Shown here: positions 9,011-18,070 of the stretch, piece by piece
How the letters are laid out: every line of letters begins with the position of its first letter
Position numbering within the stretch: the stretch's first letter is position 1
Assembly (NCBI GenBank): GCA_000091165.1
Contig: FP565575.1
Location: forward strand, 2,280,001-2,312,000
Direction: 5' to 3'
Length of the DNA stretch: 32,000 nt
Origin: Candidatus Methylomirabilis oxygeniifera
GTDB taxonomy: Bacteria > Methylomirabilota > Methylomirabilia > Methylomirabilales > Methylomirabilaceae
Made by a program: the position numbers and the translations under genes
The notes under the pieces: generated by a model
Told to the model about the DNA's origin: nothing
What the model saw: the letters and a program-made list of their open reading frames with translations, nothing else
The model's database searches: none

Positions 9011-10069
9011 TTATGACGGCCGTGCGTCTTTTTTGACGCCCCAGAGCCGTTGCTGATCACGCTTGAGATCCTGAGCAGCCACGTACGCAGCCAGATCGGC
9101 CATCCGACACGAATATCCCCACTCATTGTCATACCACGCCACGACCTTCACAATCCGGTCCTTCAGGACCAGCGTCATAAGGGCGTCCACGATGGAAGAA
9201 TGCGGATTACCCTTGAAGTCCATTGAGACCAGCGGCCGATCGCACACCTCCAGGATCCCGCGCAGCCGTCCCGTAGTCGCGGTTCGGAACGCGGCATTCA
9301 CCGTTTCAGGGGTAACGTCACAACCAAGCTCCGCAACAAGATCGATCACGGATACCGTGGGCGTCGGTACCCGGTAGGCCATCCCGTTGAAGCGACCGGC
9401 CAGCTCCGGGATCACCTTGACGAGCGCTCTGGCAGCACCGGTGTCGGTCGGGATGATATTGAGGGCGGCAGCCCTCGATTCCCTCACGTCTTCCGCCCCG
9501 CGATCATGAATCGCCTGCGAATTGGTATAGCTGTGCACCGTGCTCATGAACCCCCATTGGATGCCAAACGCATCAAGAAGGACCTTCGCGACCGGCGCCA
9601 GGCAGTTGGTTGTGCACGACCCATTTGAGATAATCTGGTGTTGTCCCGGATCGTATCGTTCTTCATTAACCCCCATCACGACCGTCAGATCGTCATTCTT
9701 CCCTGGGGCGGAGATCAGCACCCGTTTCGCCCCCGCCGCGAGATGTTTTTCGGCCTCCGGGCGGGCGGTCCCGCGGCCGCTGCACTCCAGTACGATGTCG
9801 GCGCCCACATCCGACCAGTTGAGCTTGGTCCAATCGCGTTCGCGGAAGACCGTAATCCGTTTTCCATCGACCCGCATACTGCCTTCATCGCTCTCGACCT
9901 TTGCAGGAAAGGCCCCGTAGTTCGAGTCGAATTCCAGTAACAAAGCGTCCGTGCGGGCGCCGGCCGGATCGTTGATGGCCACCAGATCGAGCGCACCCTT
10001 CTGCTCCCACGCCGCTCGAAATGCCAGCCGGCCGATTCGTCCGAAGCCGTTGATCGCGATCCTTACCAT
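9011..10069 (-). CDS. gap: Glyceraldehyde-3-phosphate dehydrogenase, type I
   Basis: 352-aa ORF with INGFGRIGR, the active site SCTTNCLAP and WYDNEWGYS. It starts 3 nt after the prk stop. Confidence 0.95.
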   Translation of the reverse strand: MVRIAINGFGRIGRLAFRAAWEQKGALDLVAINDPAGARTDALLLEFDSNYGAFPAKVESDEGSMRVDGKRITVFRERDWTKLNWSDVGADIVLECSGRGTARPEAEKHLAAGAKRVLISAPGKNDDLTVVMGVNEERYDPGQHQIISNGSCTTNCLAPVAKVLLDAFGIQWGFMSTVHSYTNSQAIHDRGAEDVRESRAAALNIIPTDTGAARALVKVIPELAGRFNGMAYRVPTPTVSVIDLVAELGCDVTPETVNAAFRTATTGRLRGILEVCDRPLVSMDFKGNPHSSIVDALMTLVLKDRIVKVVAWYDNEWGYSCRMADLAAYVAAQDLKRDQQRLWGVKKDARPS

Positions 10070-10072
10070 CGG

Positions 10073-11068
10073 TTATCCCTCGGCTATCTCTGCAAGCCCT
10101 TCTTGCGGGACCTGCTGCCGCGCCTCTCTGGCTTGGAGCAGGTAATAGATCGATATGAGTTGCACAAGGGCCAGGGCATCGCTGTGGCCGGAGGCTTCGC
10201 CTGCGGCAAAACTGCCGAGCTTATCCGGCGCCAGATCTTGAATCAATTTCATTGGAGCGAGGAGATGGGCCCAGATCCTTTGCTCCAGCCCTGCCGCCGT
10301 TTGTGGGGAGATGGAACCGTCGATCTCCAGAGTATGGAAAGGCTGACCATAATAGTCCTCATCCACCAGCCTGACGGCCCGCCTGGTCCTCCGGCCCATC
10401 GCCTCTTGCAGCAGTTCATCCAGACCGGTTTTCGGCAGGGTTCGACTGAGGAACAGACGGACGTTCAACTGGGCATCATCCTGCGGACTCCAGGTGCCGC
10501 TGGGCGGGTAAAACCGGACGATGATATCAGCATATTCCTTCTGAGGTTCGATATGCCGTCTGATATCATCCTGCCTGGCCTCGATCTCCTTCATCACCTG
10601 CTCAATACTGTAGCCTCGCCTTCCGGCATCTCGATGGATCTTCCAAGCCCGTTTCAGTTCCTCATCCGGGTCCAGATACACCTTCAGGTCGAAGACATTC
10701 CTCAGTTCCTGGGTAAAAAAGGGGAATAGACCGCCAATGATGACGATCTGGTTTGGCTCGATCTCTTCAGGTTCCGCGAAACAGCCGGTCGAATGATCGT
10801 ACACCGGCTTGATGATCTTCTCGCCGTTTTTGAGCTGCCAGGCGTGTTTCCCCATTAAGGCCATGTTATTGGCCGCCGGATGAAGGGCTGTCAGTCCGTA
10901 GATCTTGCGTTGAACACGGTCGAACGTGTGGTAATCGTCAAGATTGATGTTGGTAATCTTTTCAGGACCGAAAATCTTATAGATGCCGCCGACGAACGTA
11001 GACTTCCCGGTCCCACTATCCCCGCCGATTCCGAGCAGGAGCGGGGTTGTCTTGGCCATCTGCATCAT
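10073..11068 (-). CDS. prk: Phosphoribulokinase
   Basis: 331-aa ORF with the P-loop GIGGDSGTGKST and PRK/uridine-kinase family blocks. It is first in the prk-gap-tkt-glpX array. Confidence 0.9.
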   Translation of the reverse strand: MMQMAKTTPLLLGIGGDSGTGKSTFVGGIYKIFGPEKITNINLDDYHTFDRVQRKIYGLTALHPAANNMALMGKHAWQLKNGEKIIKPVYDHSTGCFAEPEEIEPNQIVIIGGLFPFFTQELRNVFDLKVYLDPDEELKRAWKIHRDAGRRGYSIEQVMKEIEARQDDIRRHIEPQKEYADIIVRFYPPSGTWSPQDDAQLNVRLFLSRTLPKTGLDELLQEAMGRRTRRAVRLVDEDYYGQPFHTLEIDGSISPQTAAGLEQRIWAHLLAPMKLIQDLAPDKLGSFAAGEASGHSDALALVQLISIYYLLQAREARQQVPQEGLAEIAEG

Positions 11069-11355
11069 CTCCTTTCACGTGGATCGCATGAAGAACAGAA
11101 TGATGTCTCGGGTTTGGGCTGGTCAACCATGCTCTCGCTGTCACTTCACAGCGAAAGGCCCTACCACCCGTTTATTTTCACGGCGATAGTCGTACCACCA
11201 CCGGTCTCCGATTTTACGTGAACGAAATTCTATCACTTGCCCTATTTTCTGTCTAGCGGTTGTTTCGAAATAGACAGTAAATCCGGCTTGACATCCGGCG
11301 CGTCGGTGCGATAGCTTCCAGTTGGTTATACACAACTACCATGTGAGGAGGTACA

Positions 11356-11844
11356 ATGGCAGCGTTTCGTATCAGGGTAAACCACGAAAATCTCAAGTTC
11401 AGCTCAGCTCACTTTGTGCTCTTCGGTAATGGTCAGTGCGAGTCTCTTCACGGTCATAACTATAGAGCCTGGGTAGAGCTCGAAGGGTCGCTTCAGCCGA
11501 GCGACTACGTCATGGATTTCCTCGCAGTGAAGCCGCTTTTGAAACAGATCTGCGAACGTCTGGACCACCGAATGCTGCTGCCGACCGAAAACGAGGATTT
11601 GAAAATCAGGGAGGGCAGTTCGGTGGTCGAGGTGATTTATGGCGCAAAGCAGTATAGCTTCCCTGCGGAAGATGTACTGCTGCTTCCGATTCATAACGCC
11701 ACCGCAGAGCTGTTGGCCCGGTATATCTGCGGCGAGTTGAAGACAGAGATCAAGAACCGATACGGGGGCGAAGGGGTCGTCACAATCAGAGTCGGCGTGC
11801 AGGAATCGTTCGGGCAGGAGGCCTCCTACGAGGAGGCTTTCTAA
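11356..11844 (+). CDS. 6-pyruvoyl-tetrahydropterin synthase / QueD family protein
   Basis: 162-aa ORF with the family motif C-x3-HGHNY (GQCESLHGHNYRAWVEL). RBS GAGGAGG lies upstream. Confidence 0.8.
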   Translation: MAAFRIRVNHENLKFSSAHFVLFGNGQCESLHGHNYRAWVELEGSLQPSDYVMDFLAVKPLLKQICERLDHRMLLPTENEDLKIREGSSVVEVIYGAKQYSFPAEDVLLLPIHNATAELLARYICGELKTEIKNRYGGEGVVTIRVGVQESFGQEASYEEAF

Positions 11845-12584
11845 GCTTCCGCCTTCGTGCGAATCAGGTCTTCCCGCGTGATCGATCCGCTGTGCAGCGC
11901 GGTGGCGAGCAACACCCCGGACGCACCGGCGCGCTGGAGGAGGATAAGCTCCGCGACTGACGCGATTCCGCCGCCCACGATGATTCGCATGCCGGGCGCG
12001 GCCCTCGCCACCCCGCCGAGCAGTTCCGTATCTGCTCCGGCGCCCGCGCCGATCCTGTCCATCCTCAGGAGAATCATCTCACGAAATCCGAGCGACAGCA
12101 GTCGGCAGGCCGTCGCGCTCGCGTCCTTTGACTCGGTTGAGGGTTCTCTCCAGGTCACGTCTTGAGTTGTAAGGTCGAGGCTGAAGAGCGTCCTTTCGGT
12201 TCCCAATGCGGTAAGGAGGCCTGATGCCGTGTTGAGGCTCGTCAGCGACTCAGAGGCGATAATGACCCTCTGCGTACCGGCATCCAGCAGCCGTTTCGCC
12301 TGCACGATGTCGTGGATGCCGGCATCGACCAGCAGTTCAAGCCGTGACTCAGAGGCCGCCATCTTGCTGATGGTGGCCAGATTATCGCCGCGGCCCATGA
12401 TGGCATCCAGATCGGCGATGTAGACCACATCACACTCGAGGGTTTCACGGTATGCCCGCAACAGGGCGACAGGATCGGCTCCTTGCAGCAGTACACTCCG
12501 GATCGGTCTGTACGCCGACCGCTCTCCGCGGCGGGCGTGGACCGCAACCCCTCCCATGATATCGATAACAGGTATGACCTGCAT
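11841..12584 (-). CDS. HisA/HisF-fold (beta/alpha barrel) protein of the C1-cofactor cluster
   Basis: ORF 11841..12833. The likely start is ATG 12584 (MQVIPVIDIMGGVAVHARRG), a typical HisA/HisF N-terminus. A C-terminal GGGI phosphate-binding motif is present. Specific function is unknown. Confidence 0.7.
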   Translation of the reverse strand: MQVIPVIDIMGGVAVHARRGERSAYRPIRSVLLQGADPVALLRAYRETLECDVVYIADLDAIMGRGDNLATISKMAASESRLELLVDAGIHDIVQAKRLLDAGTQRVIIASESLTSLNTASGLLTALGTERTLFSLDLTTQDVTWREPSTESKDASATACRLLSLGFREMILLRMDRIGAGAGADTELLGGVARAAPGMRIIVGGGIASVAELILLQRAGASGVLLATALHSGSITREDLIRTKAEA

Positions 12585-12608
12585 GGCAATAGCCGCTGTT
12601 CCTCCACG

Positions 12609-13658
12609 ATGAAAATCGTCGTACATGAATCTATCACGGCGGGCGGGTTGGGTGAAAGCTCGATCCCGCCGACGCTGCTGGCAGAAGGGCGCATGATGCT
12701 TGAGGCGCTGCTCACCGATCTGCTTGACCTTCAGGAACATAGGCTGTTCGCGCAAGTCGACCGGAGATACCTCCCACAGCTCCACACTCGTCCAGGCCTT
12801 CAGGTTGTTGACAGCAGGAACAGCTACTCTCAATGCTTCCGACAGATGATCGATGAGGCGGATGCCGTGTTTCTAATAGCTCCGGAGACAGGCGGCCAAC
12901 TCAAAACGATCACGGCGATGGTCGAGAAGTGCGGTAAGTTAGTAATAGGTTCCAGCGTTGCCGGTGTTAAGACCGCCGGCGATAAGACGCTGACATACCG
13001 ATTACTGAAGGCGCACGGCATCCCCACCCCCAGGACGCTCCGCCTTCGACCCGCTGATGATTCGGCATCGATAGGCCGCCGGATCGGCTACCCCATGGTA
13101 GTCAAACCGATTGACGGGGTGGGATGCCACGGCGTGTTCGTCGCCAGGCAACAATCGGAATTGGAGCAAGCGATCGCGACAGCCAGGCAAAAAGCATCCG
13201 ATGCGATACTCCTTGCACAAACCTACATCGACGGCGTCGCCGCCAGCGTCTCGTTCCTCACCGATGGGAGTCGGTCCGTTCCTCTGACCTTGAACCTCCA
13301 GGAGATCAGAGGACGGAAGAGGCTCAGGTATCATGGAGGTCGTATCCCGTTCGATCATCCGCTCCGCACCCTGGCGTTCCGTCGGGCCGAGGAGGTCGTG
13401 CAGGCGATTCCAGGCCTGAAGGGGTATGTCGGGATCGATCTGGTCCTGACCGACCACGACGCGGTGGTCATCGAGGTCAACCCCCGCCTCACAACCTCGT
13501 ATGTCGGTGTCCGAAAGGTCCTCCGGCAGAATCCGGCTGCCCTGATTCTTGACGCCGTAGCAGGCACACTTCCGGATCCTGCCGCAATCCAGATCGTCGG
13601 GTCGGCGCGGTTTACCACACGTTCCTGTGAAGTGAGCACCCTGGGGAGCCGGCAATGA
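12609..13658 (+). CDS. ATP-grasp ligase (MfnD-like tyramine-glutamate ligase candidate)
   Basis: ORF 12483..13658; likely start ATG 12609 (MKIVVHESITAGG). ATP-grasp blocks are present (YPMVVKPIDGVGCHGV, VIEVNPRLTTSY). The MfnD assignment is inferred from neighbours. Confidence 0.7.
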   Translation: MKIVVHESITAGGLGESSIPPTLLAEGRMMLEALLTDLLDLQEHRLFAQVDRRYLPQLHTRPGLQVVDSRNSYSQCFRQMIDEADAVFLIAPETGGQLKTITAMVEKCGKLVIGSSVAGVKTAGDKTLTYRLLKAHGIPTPRTLRLRPADDSASIGRRIGYPMVVKPIDGVGCHGVFVARQQSELEQAIATARQKASDAILLAQTYIDGVAASVSFLTDGSRSVPLTLNLQEIRGRKRLRYHGGRIPFDHPLRTLAFRRAEEVVQAIPGLKGYVGIDLVLTDHDAVVIEVNPRLTTSYVGVRKVLRQNPAALILDAVAGTLPDPAAIQIVGSARFTTRSCEVSTLGSRQ

Positions 13659-14689
13659 TCCGGGTCATCGGATGGGACGTCGGCGGCGCAAACGTGAAGG
13701 CCACCTACCTTCTTTTTGCTGACGGACGCGCCGAGAGCGGGCGTACGGTTCGCCGCTATTTTGAGCTATGGAACAACAGCGGCGGTCTTCGCTCACTCCT
13801 GCAGGAGATCTACAGCGATCTTGGGCCGGCCGATGCGATGGTAGTAACCATGACCGGGGAGCTGTGCGATGCGTTCGACGACAGAGCCGAAGGGGTGGCA
13901 TCCATCATCGACGCGGTGAGAGAGGCGGTCCCTGCAATCCCGCTGTATGCCGTCGATCTTGAGGGGAGGCTCATTCGCTTAGACGGAAGTGCGGTGGAAC
14001 TACTTACCTTTGCGCCGACAAATTGGATCGCCGAGGCGTTGGTACTGGCACGCCTGCAACCGGACTGCCTGATGGTGGATATCGGCAGCACCACCACCGA
14101 TCTGATTCCGATCGTAGGCGGGAAAATCGCCGCACAGGGCAAACGGGACATCGAGCGGTTGGCACGTGGGGAGCTGATCTACACGGGCGCCCTCCGTACG
14201 CCTGTGGCTGCCATCGTGTCCCAGATCCCCATACACGGGACGATCTGCCGGATCGCGGCCGAATACTTCGCCATCTCGGCGGATGTGCATCTGGTATTAG
14301 GCAGGCTCGCGCCGGAGGACTATACCTGCGCGACCCCTGACGGCCGCGAGAAAACGAAGGGGGGGGCGCTCCGCCGCCTGGCCAGGGTAGCCTGCGAAGA
14401 CAGTCGGCATCTCACAGCCGGTGAACTTCACGCGATGGCGGCCTATATCGCCGAACACCAGATCCAACAGATCACAGAGGGGATGTTTCAGGTGCTCTCC
14501 AGGATCGAGAACGGCCTCTGTCTTCCTGTGGTGCCGGTGGGGATCGGCGCCTTCCTGGGGGAGACCTGCGCAAGGCGGCTGAACCTTTCGACGTGTAACC
14601 TGTCAGCGCTCACCGAGAGCGGATCTGTCACACTAAGCCCGTGCGCGGCGGCGGCCCACCTCTTGGGAGAGGCGCTCTCACGAGGATAA
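13655..14689 (+). CDS. Hydantoinase/oxoprolinase-fold, H4MPT-linked C1-transfer pathway protein (MfnF-like)
   Basis: 344-aa ORF overlapping the ATP-grasp stop by 4 nt (ATGA). It has the N-terminal ASKHA-type motif GWDVGGANVKA and the later DIGSTTTDLIP. Confidence 0.7.
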   Translation: MIRVIGWDVGGANVKATYLLFADGRAESGRTVRRYFELWNNSGGLRSLLQEIYSDLGPADAMVVTMTGELCDAFDDRAEGVASIIDAVREAVPAIPLYAVDLEGRLIRLDGSAVELLTFAPTNWIAEALVLARLQPDCLMVDIGSTTTDLIPIVGGKIAAQGKRDIERLARGELIYTGALRTPVAAIVSQIPIHGTICRIAAEYFAISADVHLVLGRLAPEDYTCATPDGREKTKGGALRRLARVACEDSRHLTAGELHAMAAYIAEHQIQQITEGMFQVLSRIENGLCLPVVPVGIGAFLGETCARRLNLSTCNLSALTESGSVTLSPCAAAAHLLGEALSRG

Positions 14690-14811
14690 GGGCTCAACGG
14701 CGTTGCGGATTACTTACCAGCAAGGCACAACGTTCGATCCGACCACACGTGAGAAGACGCCGGCCGAGCGCAGATGAGATTTCGCTGACGCGACGTTCGT
14801 CGAAGGGCAAG

Positions 14812-16989
14812 ATGACCATGAATTTTTTCGCCACCACCGCGCAAGGGATGGAGCACCTGCTGTGCGATGAGCTGCGCGCTCTCGGAGCGGAGATCACCTC
14901 GGAGACGCGGGCCGGTGCCTCATTTCGCGGGGAGCTCGAACTGGCCTATCGCGCCTGCTTGTGGTCACGCACCGCCAATCGAATCTTGATGCCGCTATGC
15001 ACCTTCCCCGCCGCAGACGAGACCGCGCTCTACGATGGCGTCCGCACCATTCGCTGGTCGGAGCATCTCACCCCGGCGCAGACCATCGCCGTCGACTTTC
15101 GATCGTCCCACTCTAAGATCACCCACGCTCACTTCGGCGCGCTCAAGACCAAAGACGCGATCGTCGATCAATTTCGCGACGAACGAAATGCGCGTCCCTC
15201 GGTCAAGGTGGTCGAGCCGGATGTTCGGGTCAATGTCTACCTCCACGAGGACGAGGCAACGATCAGCCTCGATCTGTCGGGCGAGAGCCTGCACCGACGC
15301 GGCTATCGCGCTCAGGCCGCCGAGGCGCCGCTGAAGGAGACTCTCGCGGCGGCAATCCTTTTGCTCGCCGATTGGCCGGCGCTCAGCAAGCTCGGTACAC
15401 CCCTACTCGATCCCATGTGCGGCTCGGGGACGCTCCCCATCGAAGCGGCGCTCATCGCCGCGGACATCGCGCCCGGACTGAAGCGGAGCTACTTTGGGTT
15501 TCTCAATTGGCTTGGCCACGACGCCCGGATGTGGCGTCGAGTGTTGGCGGAGGCGGAGGCCAGCGAGATTCGCGACGCGAAAAGCATCCCGCCAATCGTC
15601 GGCTTCGACGTCGACGGCCGCGCGGTGCGAATGGCCCTCGAGAACGTCGAACGGGCCGGCCTGCGAGGGCGAGTGCATATCGAGAAGCGCGAGCTATCCG
15701 AGGCGCGGCCGCTCGAACGCCGCCGCGCACCACGCGGTGAAGGACCGCTCGGAGTCCTCGTCAGTAACCCGCCCTATGGGGAGCGCATGGGTGAGGAGGA
15801 TTCCCTCGGGCTGCTGTACGAGACCATCGGCAATCTTCTCCGCCGCGAATTCACCGGCTGGACCGGGTACGTCTTCACGGGCAACCCGGAGCTGGCCAAG
15901 CGCGTCGGCCTGCGCGCGGCCAAGCGGCACATCTTGTGGAACGGCGCCATCGAGTGCCGTCTCCTCGAATTTCCGATCTCGAAGGAGAAGGTTCGTGCCA
16001 CCGACGATCCCGGGCCGGCATGGCGAAAACCTCGCCCGCCCCGTCCACCCGCCCCGGAAGCGCAGATGTTCGTCAACCGCCTACAGAAGAACTGGCGCCA
16101 CTTGCGCAAGTGGGCGAAGCGCGAAGGCGTGTCCTGCTACCGCATCTACGACGCCGATCTCCCGGAGTACGCGGTGGCCGTCGATCTGTACGAACAATCG
16201 GCGCACGTACAGGAGTATCAAGCTCCGAAGACCGTCGACGAGAAGAAAACCGAAGAGCGCCTCGAGGACATCATGGCGCTGTTGCCCGAAGCGCTCGGCC
16301 TGCCACGCGAAGACATCTTCTTGAAGGTGCGCCGTCGCCAACGGGGCCGGGAGCAGTACGAGAAGCAGGGCAGTGAGAGCGCGGTGCGCGAGGTCGGCGA
16401 AGGCGGCTATCGCTTCCTCATCAACCTGAGCGACTACCTCGACACCGGCCTCTTCCTCGACAACCGGCGCCTGCGGGCGATGATCGGCGAGGCGGCGCGC
16501 GATCGCGATTTTCTCAACCTCTTTTGCTACACCGCAACCGCCACCGTCTATGCCGCCAAGGGCGGAGCCACATCGACCACCAGCGTCGATCTATCGAACA
16601 CCTACCTCGACTGGGCACAGCAAAACTTTGCGCTCAACAACATCACCGGGAACACACACCACCTTGTCCGCGCCGACTGCAGCGAGTGGCTTGCCGAGCC
16701 GCGCTCGCCCTATGGACTCATCTTCTTGGCTCCCCCGACGTTTTCCAACTCGACGCGCATGGACACCGTGTTCGACCTGCAGCAGGGCTACATTCCCCTC
16801 GTGGAACAGTGCGCCGACCTGCTCACCCCCGACGGGATTCTCTTCTTCTCCACCAATTTCCGACGCTTCACGTTCAACCCGGCGGCATTCCCGGGACTGC
16901 GCAGCGAGAACATCTCACGGATGACGATTCCACAAGACTTCGCGCGCGATCCCCGCGTCCATCAAGCGTGGAAGATCGTACGCCGCTGA
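14812..16989 (+). CDS. rlmL: Bifunctional 23S rRNA methyltransferase RlmKL (THUMP plus two SAM-MTase domains)
   Basis: ORF 14641..16989; likely start ATG 14812 (MTMNFFATTAQGMEHLL..EL). Motifs DPMCGSGT and NPPYGERMG are present, plus a C-terminal RlmK-like domain (LNLFCYT, PPTFSNS). Confidence 0.85.
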   Translation: MTMNFFATTAQGMEHLLCDELRALGAEITSETRAGASFRGELELAYRACLWSRTANRILMPLCTFPAADETALYDGVRTIRWSEHLTPAQTIAVDFRSSHSKITHAHFGALKTKDAIVDQFRDERNARPSVKVVEPDVRVNVYLHEDEATISLDLSGESLHRRGYRAQAAEAPLKETLAAAILLLADWPALSKLGTPLLDPMCGSGTLPIEAALIAADIAPGLKRSYFGFLNWLGHDARMWRRVLAEAEASEIRDAKSIPPIVGFDVDGRAVRMALENVERAGLRGRVHIEKRELSEARPLERRRAPRGEGPLGVLVSNPPYGERMGEEDSLGLLYETIGNLLRREFTGWTGYVFTGNPELAKRVGLRAAKRHILWNGAIECRLLEFPISKEKVRATDDPGPAWRKPRPPRPPAPEAQMFVNRLQKNWRHLRKWAKREGVSCYRIYDADLPEYAVAVDLYEQSAHVQEYQAPKTVDEKKTEERLEDIMALLPEALGLPREDIFLKVRRRQRGREQYEKQGSESAVREVGEGGYRFLINLSDYLDTGLFLDNRRLRAMIGEAARDRDFLNLFCYTATATVYAAKGGATSTTSVDLSNTYLDWAQQNFALNNITGNTHHLVRADCSEWLAEPRSPYGLIFLAPPTFSNSTRMDTVFDLQQGYIPLVEQCADLLTPDGILFFSTNFRRFTFNPAAFPGLRSENISRMTIPQDFARDPRVHQAWKIVRR

Positions 16990-17050
16990 GCGCTATGTTC
17001 TTGCCTTCTCGTCGATCCCGATGATCTCACGGAGGGAGAAGGGAGTAGAA

Positions 17051-18070
17051 GGGGTCAAATCTTTTGTTGATTGATAAGCGCCTGAACCTGTTCGACCCGC
17101 TCTCTGAATGGCCCATCCACCTTGATCGCTGAACGAACTGCGTGGCAGGCCCATCCCACTACACCGTAACTCCCAACTCCAAAATGCTCCGCCGTCTCTG
17201 CGAGCGTCAAGTCACACAACCGCTTGACCAGATACATCGCTGCTTTTCTCGCCTCGCTTGCCTGTCCTCGACCCCCGCGCACCAGATCCTCCACAGCCAC
17301 CTGATACACTTGGGCCACCTCCCTCAGTACTTCATCAACCCCGGGCCGCACCTCCCTCCGCTCATACCGAGGATGCTCAGCCGTCAGTCGGCTGACATGC
17401 TGGCGGATCCGCTCAACAAATCGCTCCCCGCCCAACACCGGACTCCTCCGACTCCGAGCATAAAACTCTCGAATCCCGTCGTCGTTGCCGGATCGCACAA
17501 ATTGGTGAAACGCTCTTGGATCACTGCTGAATCGTTCCAAGATCTCTCCGGTCCTGAGCCATTCGGGAAGTGCCTTGCCCCGGATGTAGAAACGATGACT
17601 ACTCCAACGATACGCTTCTGGCTCCCTCACGAATCCTCCCTCCACGGGGTTCACATGAATGTACCGCACGACCGCAGTCAAGTACTCGTCCGCATCAATT
17701 AGCAGCGCTTTATATCGGCCCCGAAAAAGCGAGCCGTCGCTCCGGTGAGCACGGTTGAACCGCTGCGTGTACAGGCCATCCACATGATGCATGATGCGGG
17801 AGAGATTCCCCTCCGGTGTCCTCAGACACACATGGTAGTGATTGTCCATCAGACAGTACGCGAACACCTCCACACCCCACAGCTCATGCGTCTCACTGAG
17901 CGTGCGGAGACATTGCTCATCGTCCGCTTTGCCCAGGAAGGTCTTCCGGCGGGAGGTGCCCCGGTTCATCACATGATACACCGCCCCCGGAAATTCGATC
18001 CGCAATGGCCGTGACATACGGGAATCACGTCGCAGGGCAACGACAATTAGTCAACAACAGATTTGACCCC
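17051..18070 (-). mobile_element. RAYT/IS200-like unit bounded by 23-bp imperfect inverted repeats
   Basis: GGGGTCAAATCTTTTGTTGATTG (17051..17073) matches the reverse complement of TAGTCAACAACAGATTTGACCCC (18048..18070) at about 20/23 positions (17 of the terminal 18). The repeats enclose the single transposase-like gene. Confidence 0.6.
17055..18017 (-). CDS. IS200/IS605-type Y1 (HUH) transposase-like protein, REP-associated (RAYT-like), with C-terminal DnaA-domain-IV-like HTH
   Basis: 320-aa ORF with the HUH motif (DNHYHVCL) and the catalytic-Tyr block (VVRYIHVNPV). The C-terminal part (ARKAAMYLVKRLCDLTLAETAEHFG) resembles the DnaA C-terminal helix-turn-helix. Confidence 0.8.
   Translation of the reverse strand: MSRPLRIEFPGAVYHVMNRGTSRRKTFLGKADDEQCLRTLSETHELWGVEVFAYCLMDNHYHVCLRTPEGNLSRIMHHVDGLYTQRFNRAHRSDGSLFRGRYKALLIDADEYLTAVVRYIHVNPVEGGFVREPEAYRWSSHRFYIRGKALPEWLRTGEILERFSSDPRAFHQFVRSGNDDGIREFYARSRRSPVLGGERFVERIRQHVSRLTAEHPRYERREVRPGVDEVLREVAQVYQVAVEDLVRGGRGQASEARKAAMYLVKRLCDLTLAETAEHFGVGSYGVVGWACHAVRSAIKVDGPFRERVEQVQALINQQKI

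Noticed and set aside
11141-11335. 64-aa minus-strand ORF in the prk / PTPS-like divergent intergenic region, and the inverted repeat CTGTCTA-N15-TAGACAG (about 11248..11276)
   Set aside because: The ORF has no RBS or family resemblance. The inverted repeat does not fit the T-N11-A LysR/CbbR box spacing, so I do not call it a CbbR operator. It may still be regulatory.
15494-16324. 276-aa plus-strand ORF and several other 75-146-aa ORFs inside rlmL
   Set aside because: These are alternative frames of a well-supported RlmKL gene. The translations are extremely Arg/Ser/Pro/Ala-rich, which is a high-GC frame artefact.
16990-17050. Possible direct repeats marking the island ends (CTCACGGAGGGAGAAGGGAG at about 17026 versus CTCCCGGAGCGGAGGAAGAG at about 25411)
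   Set aside because: Only about 13/20 identities in purine-rich sequence, which is compatible with chance. No integrase or tRNA gene is present to support an att site.
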